Positions 1 through 12,450 of a stretch of 64,000 bases of DNA are shown here, piece after piece. Origin of the DNA: Octopus bimaculoides (taxonomy: Eukaryota); contig NC_068983.1 of assembly GCF_001194135.2 (NCBI RefSeq), forward strand, positions 80,682,450 to 80,746,449. Reading direction: 5' to 3'. A model generated the notes under the pieces. That model worked only from the letters and a program-made list of their open reading frames with translations, ran no database searches and was not told the DNA's origin. Both the position numbers and the translations under genes were made by a program. How positions within the stretch are numbered: the stretch's first letter is position 1; every line of letters begins with the position of its first letter.

Positions 1-879
1 CGTGTTTGTATATATATATATATAAATGGGGAAGAATATTTCTGTTTTTTTACATTTAGCTCATGAATTCCCTCCCATATTAGTGTTGATATTTTGGTCC
101 CTGCTGTCATTGTGACAGGAAGATGTGTTAGGATAGGAAGAGGCACTTAGAATTGCTGGGAGGAGGAAAACAGCTGGGAGGGACTGAGACAGCTGCTTCT
201 ACAACAACAGTAGCAGCAACAACACACTGTTTTTCATTTCATTTCTTTTTTTTTTTCTACCACCTACTTTTGTCCTATGCTTTCAACCTTGCTGTCTCTC
301 CCAATTACTGTTTCCTATAAAAAGTCGGTATGATGCTGAGTTCTTAGGAATCATCTGTGCTACTTGGATCGCTGACAGCGAAACAGAAAAGATGAATCTA
401 AGTGGTGATATTGATCTCACTTTGAAATTGTTTAAGGCTTCTGGTAGAAGAGGAAGGAAGAAGACAACGAAACATTTTATTATGTCAAATTCCTGTCATT
501 TCTTTATAGATTTTTGTTTCTCCCAGTTTTTCCAATTAATAAATAATTCGATAGAAGATATNNNNNNNNNNNNNNNNNNNNNNNNNNNNNNNNNNNNNNN
601 NNAATTAAAATAAAAAGCAACGTTTAAAGTGTTCTTACCCTCAAGGCATACTAAAGGTGTTCAGCTTAATACATATCAATGAATGACTAGATTGATAAAA
701 TTGATGAATAAATATCATTGATAAAGCGGAAATGTAACTGTTTTTATTAATGAAAAAGAAGTAATAAATAATCTAGTAACTGGGCGAAGAATTTTGAGTG
801 GAGATTAAACAATAAATGGTACTTATAATTAATTAGAATAAACAAACATAGTTGTATTTGAAGGTATTTATATAAATTC

Positions 880-1600
880 TTGGAACGTTTTCATTGATTG
901 TATTTCAGTCAATTGTTCTGATCAACACACATTTGTTTTTATATTATTTTTTAAAAATGTATTTTCTTTTCTTTTTTTGTGGAGGTCTTTTTCCATTATT
1001 TTTTCTTTAGAAGATGAGGGGAAATGGGGTTTGATATTGTTTTTGTGTGTTTTTAATGTTTTATCAACAGTATTATTGAAGAAGGCAAAGGTGAGAGGAA
1101 GATGTAAATGTTTTATCATATCTGGTTCAGTTATCTCATGATACTTAGACCAAATCTTGTCAGAGTCAACCTTGATCTTCATAACCTCAGTGATTGTTAA
1201 CATAAATTCTGAATAAGATAACAAGATAAATTTAGTCAAGTTTTATACTTCGCTGAAAGCTATTACTGGATGTGCAAGCATATACTGAAGTGATAACAAC
1301 CAAGATTCCTCAATGGTAAGCAGGTAAGATCAATGTAGAGCATGTTCTTTCTTACAACTCATCTCCTTAATGATGCAGAGTTGTAGGTCAAGTAAAAACC
1401 AAAATTAGGTGCATGGCATACATTAATGTAAGGTGTTTCCAATTCTCTCCCAGTCCGCTAGTCCAGTTGGTAGAACATCCACACTAGCATTCTATAAAGA
1501 AATATTGGTATGTAAGGGTGATGATGTTCTTAGAAAACCTAGGGACTATGAAAACTTTTAGAAATCCATGATTTGACAGTGTTACTGGTGATGGATGTAG
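880..1600 (-). mobile_element. Possible heavily decayed LINE remnant
   Basis: ORF 922..1239(-) and upstream broken frames look coding-like (e.g. MLYIDLT, loosely like an RT motif). Many stops; family not resolved. Confidence 0.25.
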
Positions 1601-1625
1601 CATTACCATTCAGACTATTTAGTAT

Positions 1626-1998
1626 CGGCACTTCGTCGCTTACGACGTCGAGGGTTCCAGTTGATCCGATCAACGGAATAGCCTGCTCGTGAAATTGACG
1701 TGCAAGTGGCTGAGCACTCCACAGACACGTGTACCCTTAACGTAGTTCTCGGGGAGATTCAGCGTGATGCAGTGGGACAAAGCTGACCCTTTGAATTACA
1801 GGTACAACAGAAACAGGAAGTAAGAGAAAGTTGTGGTGAAAGAGTACAGCAGGGTTTGCCACCATCCCCTGCCGGAGCCTCGTGGAACTTCAGGTGCTTT
1901 CACTCAATAAACACTGACAATGCCCGGTCTGGGAATCGAAACCGCGATCCTATGACCGCGAGTCCACTGCCCTAACCACTGGGCCATTGCGCCTCCAC
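1626..1998 (-). mobile_element. tRNA-headed SINE, family 1
   Basis: Minus-strand head GTGGAGGCGCAATGGCCCAGTGGTTAGGGCAG...GGTTTCGATTCCCAGACC has A and B boxes. The body matches copies at 28116-28502 and 63510-63890. Confidence 0.9.
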
Positions 1999-2552
1999 AC
2001 CATTTAGAGTAAGCTGTACAAATACAGAAGTGTTCTTTATGAAGTGAAAGGGAAAAGATGAAACAACAAAATTCTTGAAAGATGGGGATTCAATATAAAA
2101 CCATGAAAATGAGTTACATATCGGTGTTTCCATGGCATTTCCAGGAAAGTTAGAATGATACTAAACTGATGTAGATGATGAATATCAACAATTCTGGTAC
2201 CATTTCTAGGGTGCCATCTGTGTTGTGATGGACTTTCCAGAGAAGTTAGAATGATACAAAAAATTTAAGTTCAGAATATAAGCAATAGGTGAATCATAGA
2301 TCATTAGTAAACATACAATTAAGACATTATAACAAACTTAAAAATACATATTCCTAAGATATTTTTAACATCAAATGTCTCAAAACATGTTTACCTGAGC
2401 ATTTAGATACACTTGTAGACAATTTGAGAATTGGCTAACTGGTATGAGCATGAAATGCCTAAACCCAATCCAACCAGTAATCTTTCATGGTTTATTTCCT
2501 TTTTAATTATATCTTGTAATTATTGTGAGCTTTATTATTTATTTCCATGCAA

Positions 2553-2770
2553 ATATTCTTTTATTTGTTTCAGACTGTAGCCATGCTGATGCACCACCTT
2601 GAAGGGTTTAGTCTAACAGATTGACCCTAGTACTTATCTTTGTTTTAGCCTGGTACTTCTTCTATTAGTCTCTTTTTGCTGAAACATAAGTTACAGGAAC
2701 ATAAACAAACCAACACTGGTTATCAAGTGATCATTGAGGACAAACACAAGCACAAAGATACACACATAAA

Positions 2771-2813
<43 letters not shown>

Positions 2814-2957
2814 CAGGCTTCTTTCAGTTTCCATCTACCACATCCACTCACATGTCCTGATTGGTCTGGGGCTATAGCAAAAGATAGTTGCCCAAAGTGC
2901 CATGCAATAGGACTGAACCTGGGTTGGGAAGCAAGCTTCTTACCACACAATCACATC
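2553..2957 (-). mobile_element. tRNA-headed SINE with CORE-like motif, family 2
   Basis: Matches 17208-17645 and 49436-49840. Contains a degenerate CCTTGGGCAAG-like core and an internal (TA)n. Confidence 0.85.
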
Positions 2958-3139
2958 CAATTATATATTGTAGAGTGTCTCACACCACTCACTTTTCAAC
3001 TTTGTAAACTTGTCTTTCATTTTCTACATTTTTGTAATTTCCTTATGAAAGTTTTGTATTTTCTGTATCTCTTTGAGCCCTTGTAGTAAATAAAGAAAAT
3101 ATTATTGTTATTGTGTTGTTGTTGATATTATTATTATTA

Positions 3140-4790
3140 TTTTATGTTTGACTTTGCATTTGTACAAGTTGGCTCCAAGCCTCACCCAGAGACCTCAAGA
3201 GCCAACAAGTTAGAAGTTCATGTTGGTGTTATGCCTAGGGTGCTATATATTTGGTTTTGTACACAGTGTTGTTCTAGAGAATGTTTAAGGAACTATAAGA
3301 AAATTGTATTTGCTTTAAAATTCAAGATTACATAGACAATATTTTACGTAGGATATGGGCAGTTTCCATGCGCACTATCTTTTGAATTTCTGCCATTTTG
3401 GGATGTCCTGGTATCTAAGCTATCATTCCTATGACAACAGGTATTGTTTTAGTCTTCAGGTTCCACATTTTGCTAATTTCTTTTTCAAGATCTTTATACT
3501 TGCTCAGTTTTTGGTAGGTCTTGACAGATATGTTTATATTGATTGGGACAGTCATATCAATGAGGAGGCATGATTTTTGTCTGAAGTCTTTCAATATGAT
3601 GTCTGGCCTATTTGCATCTTTCTTTCTGTCAGCTTGAATGGTGAAGTTCCAGAGGAGTGAAATGTGATCATTTTCAAGCACTGGAAGTGGTTTGTGTTCC
3701 CACCAGTTTTTATCATGGAACAAGTCCAGGTTTTTGCAAATTACCCAGTGACTATATTGTGAAGCTTTATCATGCCTATTGAGATACTCTGTAGGCACAA
3801 GAAGACTGCACATGGAAAAACATGATCAATGGTCTCATTTTGTTGTTGACATACATGACATATTGGGGAGCTGCCATTCTTTAATATGTTGGTCTGGTAG
3901 TTCCTTATAGGTAGGCATTGATCTTGGGCTGCTATGATAAACCCTTCTGTTTCTGATTTTAAACCAGAAGCCATTAGCCATTGATAGGTAAGGGCTTTGT
4001 CAACATCGGCATTATTCGCTCTCTTTGGGTATTTACCATTGACAGGTTTTGTTTTGTCATTTATCAGTCAGAATATCTAAGGCAGCTGTTTTAGCATGAG
4101 TTTTCATATGCTTAGCTTTTTCTGCCCTTGTTTCTAGTACGTCTAATTCTGGAATTTGTTGTATTCAGAATTCACTTAGATATTCCTTTGCCTGTTTTGT
4201 TACTGAGTAAGATGCTTTCTTGCTTTCATGTTTTGAGACAAGTTTTAGCATCCAGTCCTCAGAGTTTTTCCGATAGGTGTCTAGGCCAATTGTGGCAATC
4301 TTCATTGTTAATGCCAGTTGTAAAAGTCCACGGCCTCCCTCTTTTCTTGGAAGATAAAGTTGATCTATATCTGACAATAGGGTGGTACATTCTATGCATT
4401 GTCAACAATTTTTGTATTTTTCTGTCAAGATTACATATTTCAGTAATTGACCAGTTAATGATATTGAAACTGTAAATCACAACTGGTATGGCTAAAGCAT
4501 TGATTGCTTCGATCCTGTTTCTTGCATTCAGCTCTGTCTTCAGTATTGCTCTCACCCTACGATAACATTCTCTTCTGATCCTTTCCCTCATCACTGAATG
4601 CTTGATATTGTCCCCTTCAATTACCCCTAGGTATTTGTATCTCTCTGCTGGTTTTAACTCTTTTATGACATTTTGCTGGTCAAGTAGATGTTTTTGTCAT
4701 TTTTCCTTTGATAAAGGTAGCTTTTGCACATTTATCAAGGCCAAATTGCATCCTGATGTCATCACTGAATTGTTTAACAACCACTAGTAA
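3140..4790 (-). mobile_element. 5'-truncated R4/Dong-type non-LTR retrotransposon (RT C-terminus, CCHC finger, restriction-like endonuclease)
   Basis: Frameshifted ORFs give IDQLYLPRKEGGRGL, LKSETEGFIIAAQDQ, CHVC...ETIDH..C, LWNFTIQADR..DANRPDIILKD..LIDMTVP, KLSKYKDLE, IPVVIG. The 3' end runs into (AAT)n. Confidence 0.9.
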
Positions 4791-4884
4791 GCCCTTGAGT
4801 TGTTGGTCATTTTTTACAAATATCCTCCTTCTCCTCCTTCTCCTCTTCCTTCTCCTCCTCCTCCTCCTCTTCCTTCTTCTTCTT

Positions 4885-5098
4885 AGGGTGATGAGCTGGT
4901 TAAATTGTTAGCACACCAGGCAAACTACTTAGTAGCATTTTGTCTGTCTTTGCATTCTGAGTTCAAATGCTGCCAAGGTTGACTTTGCCTTTCATCCTTT
5001 CGGAGTCGATAAACTAAGTACCATTTGCGTGCTGGGGTCAATATAATCAATTTACTTCCTTCCTGAAATTGCTCACCTTGTGCCAAAAATTGGAAATG
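4885..5098 (+). mobile_element. tRNA-headed SINE with Nin/Deu-like central domain, family 3
   Basis: GACTTTGCCTTTCATCCTTTCGGAGTCGATAAACTAAGTACC motif; more than 10 related copies in the window. Confidence 0.85.
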
Positions 5099-5157
5099 TT
5101 TATTATTATTGTGTTGTTATTATATTATTAGGGAGCATTTCAGTACTATAGAAAATG

Positions 5158-5531
5158 ACATTATTTACATTATTTACATTTGATGGATATTTGTCCTCAT
5201 CTTGTTTGTTGTTAACACGTTTCGGCTGATATACTCTCCAGCCTTCATCAGGTGTCTTGGGGAAATTTAGAACCTGGGTTCTCATTCCTAAGGTATTTTT
5301 CGATGTTGTTATTATTAGTATTATTATTATTATTATTCAGGTCACTGCCTGGAATTGAACTAGGAATATTGGGGTTAGTAGCCCGCACTCTTAGCGACTA
5401 TGCCATATGCCCGTGGACAATTATGGAGTGAATTTTAGGGCTTATAAATCTAATATTCTTCTATCCTTCCTTAATACCAGTTCCCATATGCTGTTCATAT
5501 CTGCACTCAGTCTACTTAGGAGGTTGTTGTG
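5158..5531 (-). mobile_element. Penelope-like element 3' end/pLTR, left inverted arm (family A)
   Basis: Reverse complement of 5713-6080 at roughly 91% identity by eye. Contains the ORF end, a tRNA-like cassette, (AAT)n and a CTGATGA...GAAAC motif. Confidence 0.8.
5212..5256 (-). ncRNA. Hammerhead-like motif (family A pLTR)
   Basis: Minus strand reads GACAC-CTGATGA-A-GGCTG-GAGAGTATAT-CAGCC-GAAA-CGTGTT. Core and stem II are intact; stem I/III geometry is incomplete. Confidence 0.5.
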
Positions 5532-5652
5532 TATTCTCTTCTATTGGTTGTTTTNNNNNNNNNNNNNNNNNNNNNNNNNNNNNNNNNNNNNNNNNNNNNN
5601 NNNNNNNNNNNNNNNNNNNNNNNNNNNNNNNNNNNNNNNNNNNNNNNNNNNN

Positions 5653-6100
5653 ATAACAGACAGAGAACACCACTGGAAAATACGAAAACTAAAAGAAGCA
5701 GCACATATGCTAGGACATAACAACCTCCTAAGCAGACCAAGTGTAGATATGAACAGCATATGGGAACCAGTATTAAGGAAGGATAGGAGAATATTAGATT
5801 TATAAGCCCTAAAATTCACTCCATAATTGCCCGTGGGCATATGGCATAGTGGTTAAGAGCACGGGCTACTAACCCCAAAATTCTGAGTTCGATTCCAGGC
5901 AGTGACCTGAATGATAATAATAATAATAATGATATCAAAAAATACCTTAGGAATGAGAACCCAGGTTCAAAATTTCCCCAGGATACCTGAAGAAGGCTGG
6001 AGGATATATCACCCGAAACATGTTAACAACAAACAAGATGAGGACAAATATCTGTCAAATGTAAATGATGTAAATAATGTACATAATTCTTCAAATATAG
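5653..6100 (+). mobile_element. Penelope-like element 3' end: GIY-YIG C-terminus plus pLTR (family A)
   Basis: Translation ITDREHHWKIRKLKEAAHMLGHNNLLSRPSVDMNSIWEPVL* resembles the PLE GIY-YIG C-terminus (E..W..R..KEA..I). Followed by a hammerhead-like motif. An 18-bp direct repeat (5145-5162, 6102-6119) flanks both arms. Confidence 0.75.
5835..5906 (+). promoter_or_regulatory. tRNA-like Pol III internal promoter inside the PLE terminal region
   Basis: A box TGGCATAGTGG, B box GAGTTCGATTCC, anticodon-like arm GGG-CTACTAA-CCC. Poor acceptor stem, so not a functional tRNA. Other copies at 5341-5411 and 26430-26480. Confidence 0.7.
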
Positions 6101-6552
6101 GACTATAGAAAATGACATTTGCTCAAGTTGTCATGCAGCAGGATTGAACCAAAGGCCTGATAGTTGTAAAGTGAATGTCTTAACCATTCAGCCATATTAT
6201 AATAACTTGTAAGTGGTCATATTAGTAAAGAGAGTACTCAACACATTGTGTAGAATAAATATATTTATTATAATTTAGCTGATAAATATTACTACTTTTG
6301 TTGACTTGAAATTTCATATTAAATATAGTATTTTTCAGATGGATGTGATGGAAGAGTTAACTTTCATTCAATTTACATCTGTCTGAAAAATACTCTAATT
6401 GATACTGAATTTAAAGTCATGGAAAAGTATTAATGTTTATTTACAGTATTATCATATATATGTATACATATGTATGTATATGTGCAGATGCACATGTATG
6501 TATGTATGTATGAGTATATGTATGCATGCATATTAATACCTTGTCGTAGTGA

Positions 6553-6812
6553 ATAAGACCTGCCTGTCACTGCAGAATTGATACTGGTGTTGGTGCCACA
6601 TAAAAAGCACCCAGTACACTCTGTGGAGTGGTTGGCATGAGGAAGGGCATCCAGCCATAGAAATCATGCCAGAACAGACAATGGAGCCTGGTACAACCCT
6701 CCCACCCCCGTCTTACCAGCTCTGATCAAACTGTCAAATTCATGCCAACCTGGAAAACAGACATTACATGATGATGATGATGATGATGAGGATGATGATG
6801 ATGATGATGATA
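6553..6812 (+). mobile_element. RTE-type 3' tail fragment ending in (GAT)n
   Basis: GAGTGGTTGGCATGAGGAAGGGCATCCAGC... is homologous to 52940-53098 and ends in (GAT)n. Confidence 0.75.
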
Positions 6813-7039
6813 TCCAAAAATTGAACAGAACAGTGCAATTTGAATTTAAATTGCATAATGCATAACTAGTATTTAGAAATTCATGTGCATTCTTATACTT
6901 CAAAAGAGAAAACAGTGAGAACTCATATTATGATCCAAGTTACCTTTCACTGGTTTCCATTGATAAGAAGTGAACTTATAGAAAAAAAAACAAAATAAGA
7001 GTGTGTGCTCATAAATTATCTAGTCATGTCATCTTACAC

Positions 7040-8520
7040 ATATTTCATCAATAATATCTGTTATATAATGAAAACATTATAAGAAGATTATATCATCAAA
7101 TCATCAAAGAAAAAGAGATTAACCTTGGGGAAAATGAGACACATAATCACACTTTTCCATAAGCTTGGAGTTGATCCACATAGAGAGAAAATAGTGAAAA
7201 GTTTGAAGAGGATAAGAGGTAAATCTTGATTACACTTTCTGAAAATAATAGAAGAGACTTACATCAGGAATAGTTGCCATAGTGAGTTGCAGTAATCAGA
7301 CAAGTTTTCACACTTGATGATTGTATATAGTGGGAAGTCAGATAAAATAAAAGAGAATTTAGGAGGAGTTTTGTACGTATAAAGTTGGAAGCAACTGTAG
7401 TGGTTTTATCAGTAGGAATGCTACATACTCCACCATATCAAATCAGTGGCACATATGATAATTCTGCAGAGTTAGTAGAGACCTTCATTTTCCCAAAGAT
7501 CAGATGGCCAGACAGTAATCTGTGAGGCAAGCAAGTTATAAGAATGTGCAATGCACAAAGGCCTCCTTTGCCAACTGTTTACTTATCAGAAGTAGTATGT
7601 AAACATCTCTGTTTGTGACGGTCAGTTACTTCCAGTTATAAGCAATAGTTTTTAGTTTTGCAACTGTATGGTTGTAAATGACCCATTTGAGTGATCTGAT
7701 AGCTGTGGGCTTATACTAAATGAGAAATATAGTGGGGGCCATCTAGCAGGGTGGTGTCCCAACATGGCCACAGGCTTTTGGCTGGAACACACACACAAAA
7801 AAAAAAGAATAACAACTTAGTTGTCTTGTATGGTTCAGAAGTGACGTATATTTGCTTCTAAGAATAGCCAGCTTAGAACTAAGCATTTACCTGGCTCAAG
7901 CTGTCACAGGATTTGATTGTTGTGTGTAGTTGTACAGCAGAAAGATATGAAGTGTACCTGTGATTGAGCTATCTGATAAACTAATGGAGAAAAGTTAGGG
8001 TTTGAAGATGAGAAAAAAGGTAATGAATATTTGAAAAGTCAATTTGTTGGTGAAGAATGTGGAACAAGCAGTTTATAATAGTGACAGTGCAATGTCTCTG
8101 CCATTGGTGTCTCAAATGGAGCTGACTGAGAGTGAATAGAAGCTGTATGCACTGAAGCTACAATGATGATGACTTCAGAAAGTGGTGGGTTGAGGTAAAG
8201 GCCCTTAATGTAGCATAAAGTAGGCAAACAATTTATGATGCTTGAAGGAGTTAGGAGAGCATTGAAGATAGGAAATGTATTTAGAGTCATGAAGAAAAAA
8301 AACACCCTGTGATAGAAAAACAAGAAAGAATCCAGTGTTAAAGAATCCAGTGAGATGGGTGAGAAGTGAATTCTATTTAAGTGCAAACATCAGCTTTCTC
8401 AAAGAAACTGGAATGTTGAGTATAACTTGGAAAGCAGACATGAGTTGGAGATGGAAGATGAAGCAGTTGTGTCTCAGTGAGTAATAAAATTTGAGATTTG
8501 CCTGTTATAAGAAGGTGGTG
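7040..8520. mobile_element. Probable decayed LINE remnant (CR1/L2-like?)
   Basis: Purine-skewed, higher-GC, coding-like island with many stops. No decisive motif. Confidence 0.25.
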
Positions 8521-9071
8521 CCTCAGATTATTGTTTGTACAAAGTTCAAGAATGTGAGTGAACGGATTGATTATAATCTTTATAAATATTGTACAATTTT
8601 AACAATTTTTTTGCTTACTTCTTACGTTTGAAGAAACTTTGGAAAAAGAAAATAAACAAAAACATAAATCCTCTGATATTTTTAAATAAAATGTCATGTG
8701 TGAAGTATATTTATAAATCTGTTAATTAACTTATTTGTAAATTGAAAGACAGCTTAACACTGAGCTATTAGAGTTGTGGTTTGATTCTGAGAATGAACAG
8801 GTAGTAAAATAACTGATGGAAGTCTTTTAGACTTATTACTGAGTTATTGTTGTTGCTCTTGTTATCATCATGATCATCATAATTTTCATCATTATTGCTG
8901 CTGTTGTTGTTGTTTCATACTTGATCCTTTCATATTCAAAATTTGGCAAGATATGACAGATTTCAAAGTATAGATTTTCATAATTCTATCACATGAACAA
9001 ATTCTGTCATTTATGAAACTTTAAAGAAAAAAAAGCGTCTTTTACTTTCTCTTCTTTTTGGCATTCCATCA

Positions 9072-9072
9072 T

Positions 9073-9166
<94 letters not shown>
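9072..9166. repeat. (CTA)n microsatellite
   Basis: About 30 consecutive CTA units. Confidence 0.98.
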
Positions 9167-11093
9167 GCTGCATTCCCATTAACTCCTATTATATAAATCA
9201 ACACAGCCAAGGAAAATGACAGATATTAGCTGAAGATTAGTGTGGAGTAATGGATGAAAAGGCATTGAGGGCATATTTAGATTTAGACACCAACAATGGA
9301 ACATACTTGTCAGAAATGATGATTGACTTGTTTTGTTTTTTTTAATTTTTTTTTTTTACTTGGAATAACAAGTAAACTAATAAAGATTGAAGATCAGAAA
9401 TTAATATATAGGCTGTAACTTTAGTGAAGCCAAATGCCGTTTTGATTTTTAAAATCAAATAAATTTTAATAGAAAATAATTTCTTTATTTTAGTTGTTAA
9501 AATGGTCATCCTCAAAATAAATAAAAGTAGGATTTTTTTTTTACATGTGTACTTTTTACATTTTTTTTTATTGCTTTTATATTCAAATAGCTTTGCATAG
9601 ATATATGTGCATATGTGTTTTTATAGCTAGTATAATATGTATATGATTAAGTTTGAGTGTTCTTGTTGTAAAAGTGTTTACTTGTCTACAGATATTATGT
9701 AAATCAAAATGTTTTTGAATCAGATTTGATGTCTGAAATTCACACAGTCTATTCACACAGTCAGTGTGTCTGTCTCTCTATTGTTAAGTAGTTTAAGTGA
9801 AGAAACTTCAAATTTATGAATGAAAGACAAAAAGTAAATAAATAAAAAAGTAAAATAGAAAAAAAATAAAATAAATTCAGATAAAATAAAACTGAATATG
9901 CCCCAAAAGAATAATAAATAAATGCATGAATAGCAAAAACATTTTGCCTTAGTTATTTGATCATTAAGACTTTTTTTTTTTTGCCAGTGCTTTTCCGTGC
10001 ATATCATCCATTTTATTTTTATTTGTAGCAGCAGAGAGACAGTACTAATCTCATGGACTTGTATAAAACCTTTCCCCATTCAAAGAGTTAACTAATGCTA
10101 AATTTGTTAATATTATGCTTAGCAAGTTCAGTTAATGGTAAATATGAATTTTTATAGGTTAATATTTAGTGGCAGCACTAGAAATTTTAGGAGAGAATAG
10201 CCTTAAGGAAGATAGATCACATTGAATTATTTAATTCAAACCTCTGATTGAATAAGTAAGGTTAGCAGAAAGAAGACAAGTGTGAGGAATAAGAAAGGGA
10301 TCTGTCATCTGCATCTCCATTACTGATAATGACTGAGGAATGGTAAATGGAAACTCAATGTAATAGTCTTTACCACTGTTGTAAAGAAGAAGCAAAACTC
10401 TAAAATATTACAATTCTGTTTCTTACCTGGAATAGTATTTTTTTTTTTGTACGTGTGTTTGTAACCCTGTAAATCTATTTCTTTTTATAGACTTCTATCT
10501 GATCAATTTATAAATCAATTTTTATACCAATTTCCTCTTGAAAGTCAGAAAAATCCAATTTTGATATGCTTCCTTGCAATTTTGAAGCATTTATTAATTT
10601 AATTTGAAATGGTCGTCAAATTTTTTTTATTAATACTGTGGATTTACTTTTCCTGTGATTGGATTAAATTGCTTTTGATACACAAGTAAATAAATAATTT
10701 TATTGAATTATTAATGTCTGTATGAAAAGAGGTTTATATTGCTTATATTAGATACTTGATCATATATGACAAAAGTTACAGTTGGCCAAGTTAATAGACT
10801 ACTAGGCTGCTAACTGAGGGAGTTAGTAGTTTTCATCTGTCATAAGCAATAGTTACAATCAAGTCATTTAGCTCTCATTAGCTAAGTCTAAACTAAATAA
10901 TGATAGATACCACAGAATAATGTAGCATCCCTGTTGCAAACAGTGATAGCATTAAAAAATTGAGAGATCTTTTGGCAGCATGCAGTGTTGAGTTCAATTC
11001 CTATTGCAGGCATAGTGGAAGTCACTCAGGTTGAGTTGTTCTAGATGCGTTTTAAGAACACAAAATTTTACTAGTTGATATGTCTTAGGCTTT

Positions 11094-11306
11094 AAGGCGA
11101 TGAGCTGATGGAATCATTAACACATTGGACAAAATGCTTAGTGACAATTCATCTCTCTTTATGATCAGAACGCAAATTCCAGCAAGGCTACTTTGCCTTT
11201 TTATCCTTTTGAAGTTGATAAAATAAGTACCAGTTGAGTGCTATGGTCGATGTAATCGACTTATCCCCCTCCCCCAAAATTGCTGGCCTTGTGCCAAAAT
11301 TTGAAT
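11094..11306 (+). mobile_element. Family 3 (Nin-like) SINE
   Basis: Homologous to 4885-5098. Confidence 0.8.
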
Positions 11307-12416
11307 CGATATATCATTGACTTTACCATTATTTGAATGTAAAATGAGAGAATTAAAGACAGATGGAGAAAAATAGTATATGTAATTAAATATGTATTGA
11401 ACTTGAAGTGATCTTTGAACAAATGAGTTGAGGAACTTATTATTTTTGAAAACTGTTAGTTAGTGTATGTAGAGGGCTATGAGTACATATTCATTGGAAA
11501 GCTACTGTGAGCTGATAGTACTAGCAAGTGAAAAACTAAAATTTGGTGAATGAACACTTTGAGGTAGTTTGATCAAAACTTTGCATGTTGGACCTTGCAC
11601 TTAAATTAATGTCTGGAGATATTCTCCCTTGAATATATGCTAGTGAAGGAAAACAGAGGTAATTAAATGAATAATTTTTCTTTCATAAGATAGTCAGATG
11701 AAAAGGGGCAGTGCCCAAGACATTAGGCGAAGATCCCAGTTTAAGCATCTAGATTATATTCTAGTACATGATGTTGTGATGCTTTCTTCAGTGCCAAAAG
11801 GCTCTTCCTGCAGCTGGATACTACCAAACCATTGGAGAGTCACTCATGAGTTTGGTTTCTAATTTAATCTTTTGTATGAACTGAAATTAAGAATTAGTCA
11901 ATGGATTCCAAGTAAAATGATTTTAAAACTAATTACTGACCATTGAAACTCATTATGAGATATAAATATACTTGAGGGAGTACTGCTGTAAGTTATCCAC
12001 AAAATGAATAATAATGGGCAGTTTTATGAAGGCCTTCGAGAAATAATCTTCATTATCATTCAATTGAAATTACATAATATTCTCATTTGTTTTTGTGAAT
12101 TTATTCTTAATTCTTTACTGCCTTACTGAGTTACACATAAAATTATAACTCAGATGTAAATACAATGAATATTCAAATTTATGATGTTTTAATAAAAATT
12201 CATGCTGTTAACTAAATTTGACAGTTGTATTATTTGTGATTTTTATCTAGCAAAATCATCTTGTGATAAACTGAATAACAAGCAATAGGTATCCTATTAC
12301 AAATGTTTAAGTATTAAATATTTCATTCCTATTCTTTTAGGTTTGGAAAATTTAATAATTTGATTGTAAATAAATCCTTCTCCAATACCAGAATAAAGAT
12401 ATCGGCAAATAATCTC

Positions 12417-12450
<34 letters not shown>

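Noticed and set aside
328-410. C/D-box snoRNA-like stretch (ATGATGC ... CTGA)
   Set aside because: Imperfect box C, no convincing terminal stem outside the boxes, and only a 7-nt match to rRNA that I can recall.
1925-1998. tRNA gene calls for SINE and PLE heads (also 5835-5906, 28430-28502, 45691-45750, 63510-63585)
   Set aside because: Broken acceptor or D stems and continuity with repeat bodies; these are tRNA-derived promoters, not tRNA genes.
5826-5842. Apparent hairpin loop flip (GCCC-GT-GGGC versus GCCC-AC-GGGC between PLE copies)
   Set aside because: More simply explained by CpG deamination on opposite strands from an ancestral CCCGCGGG.
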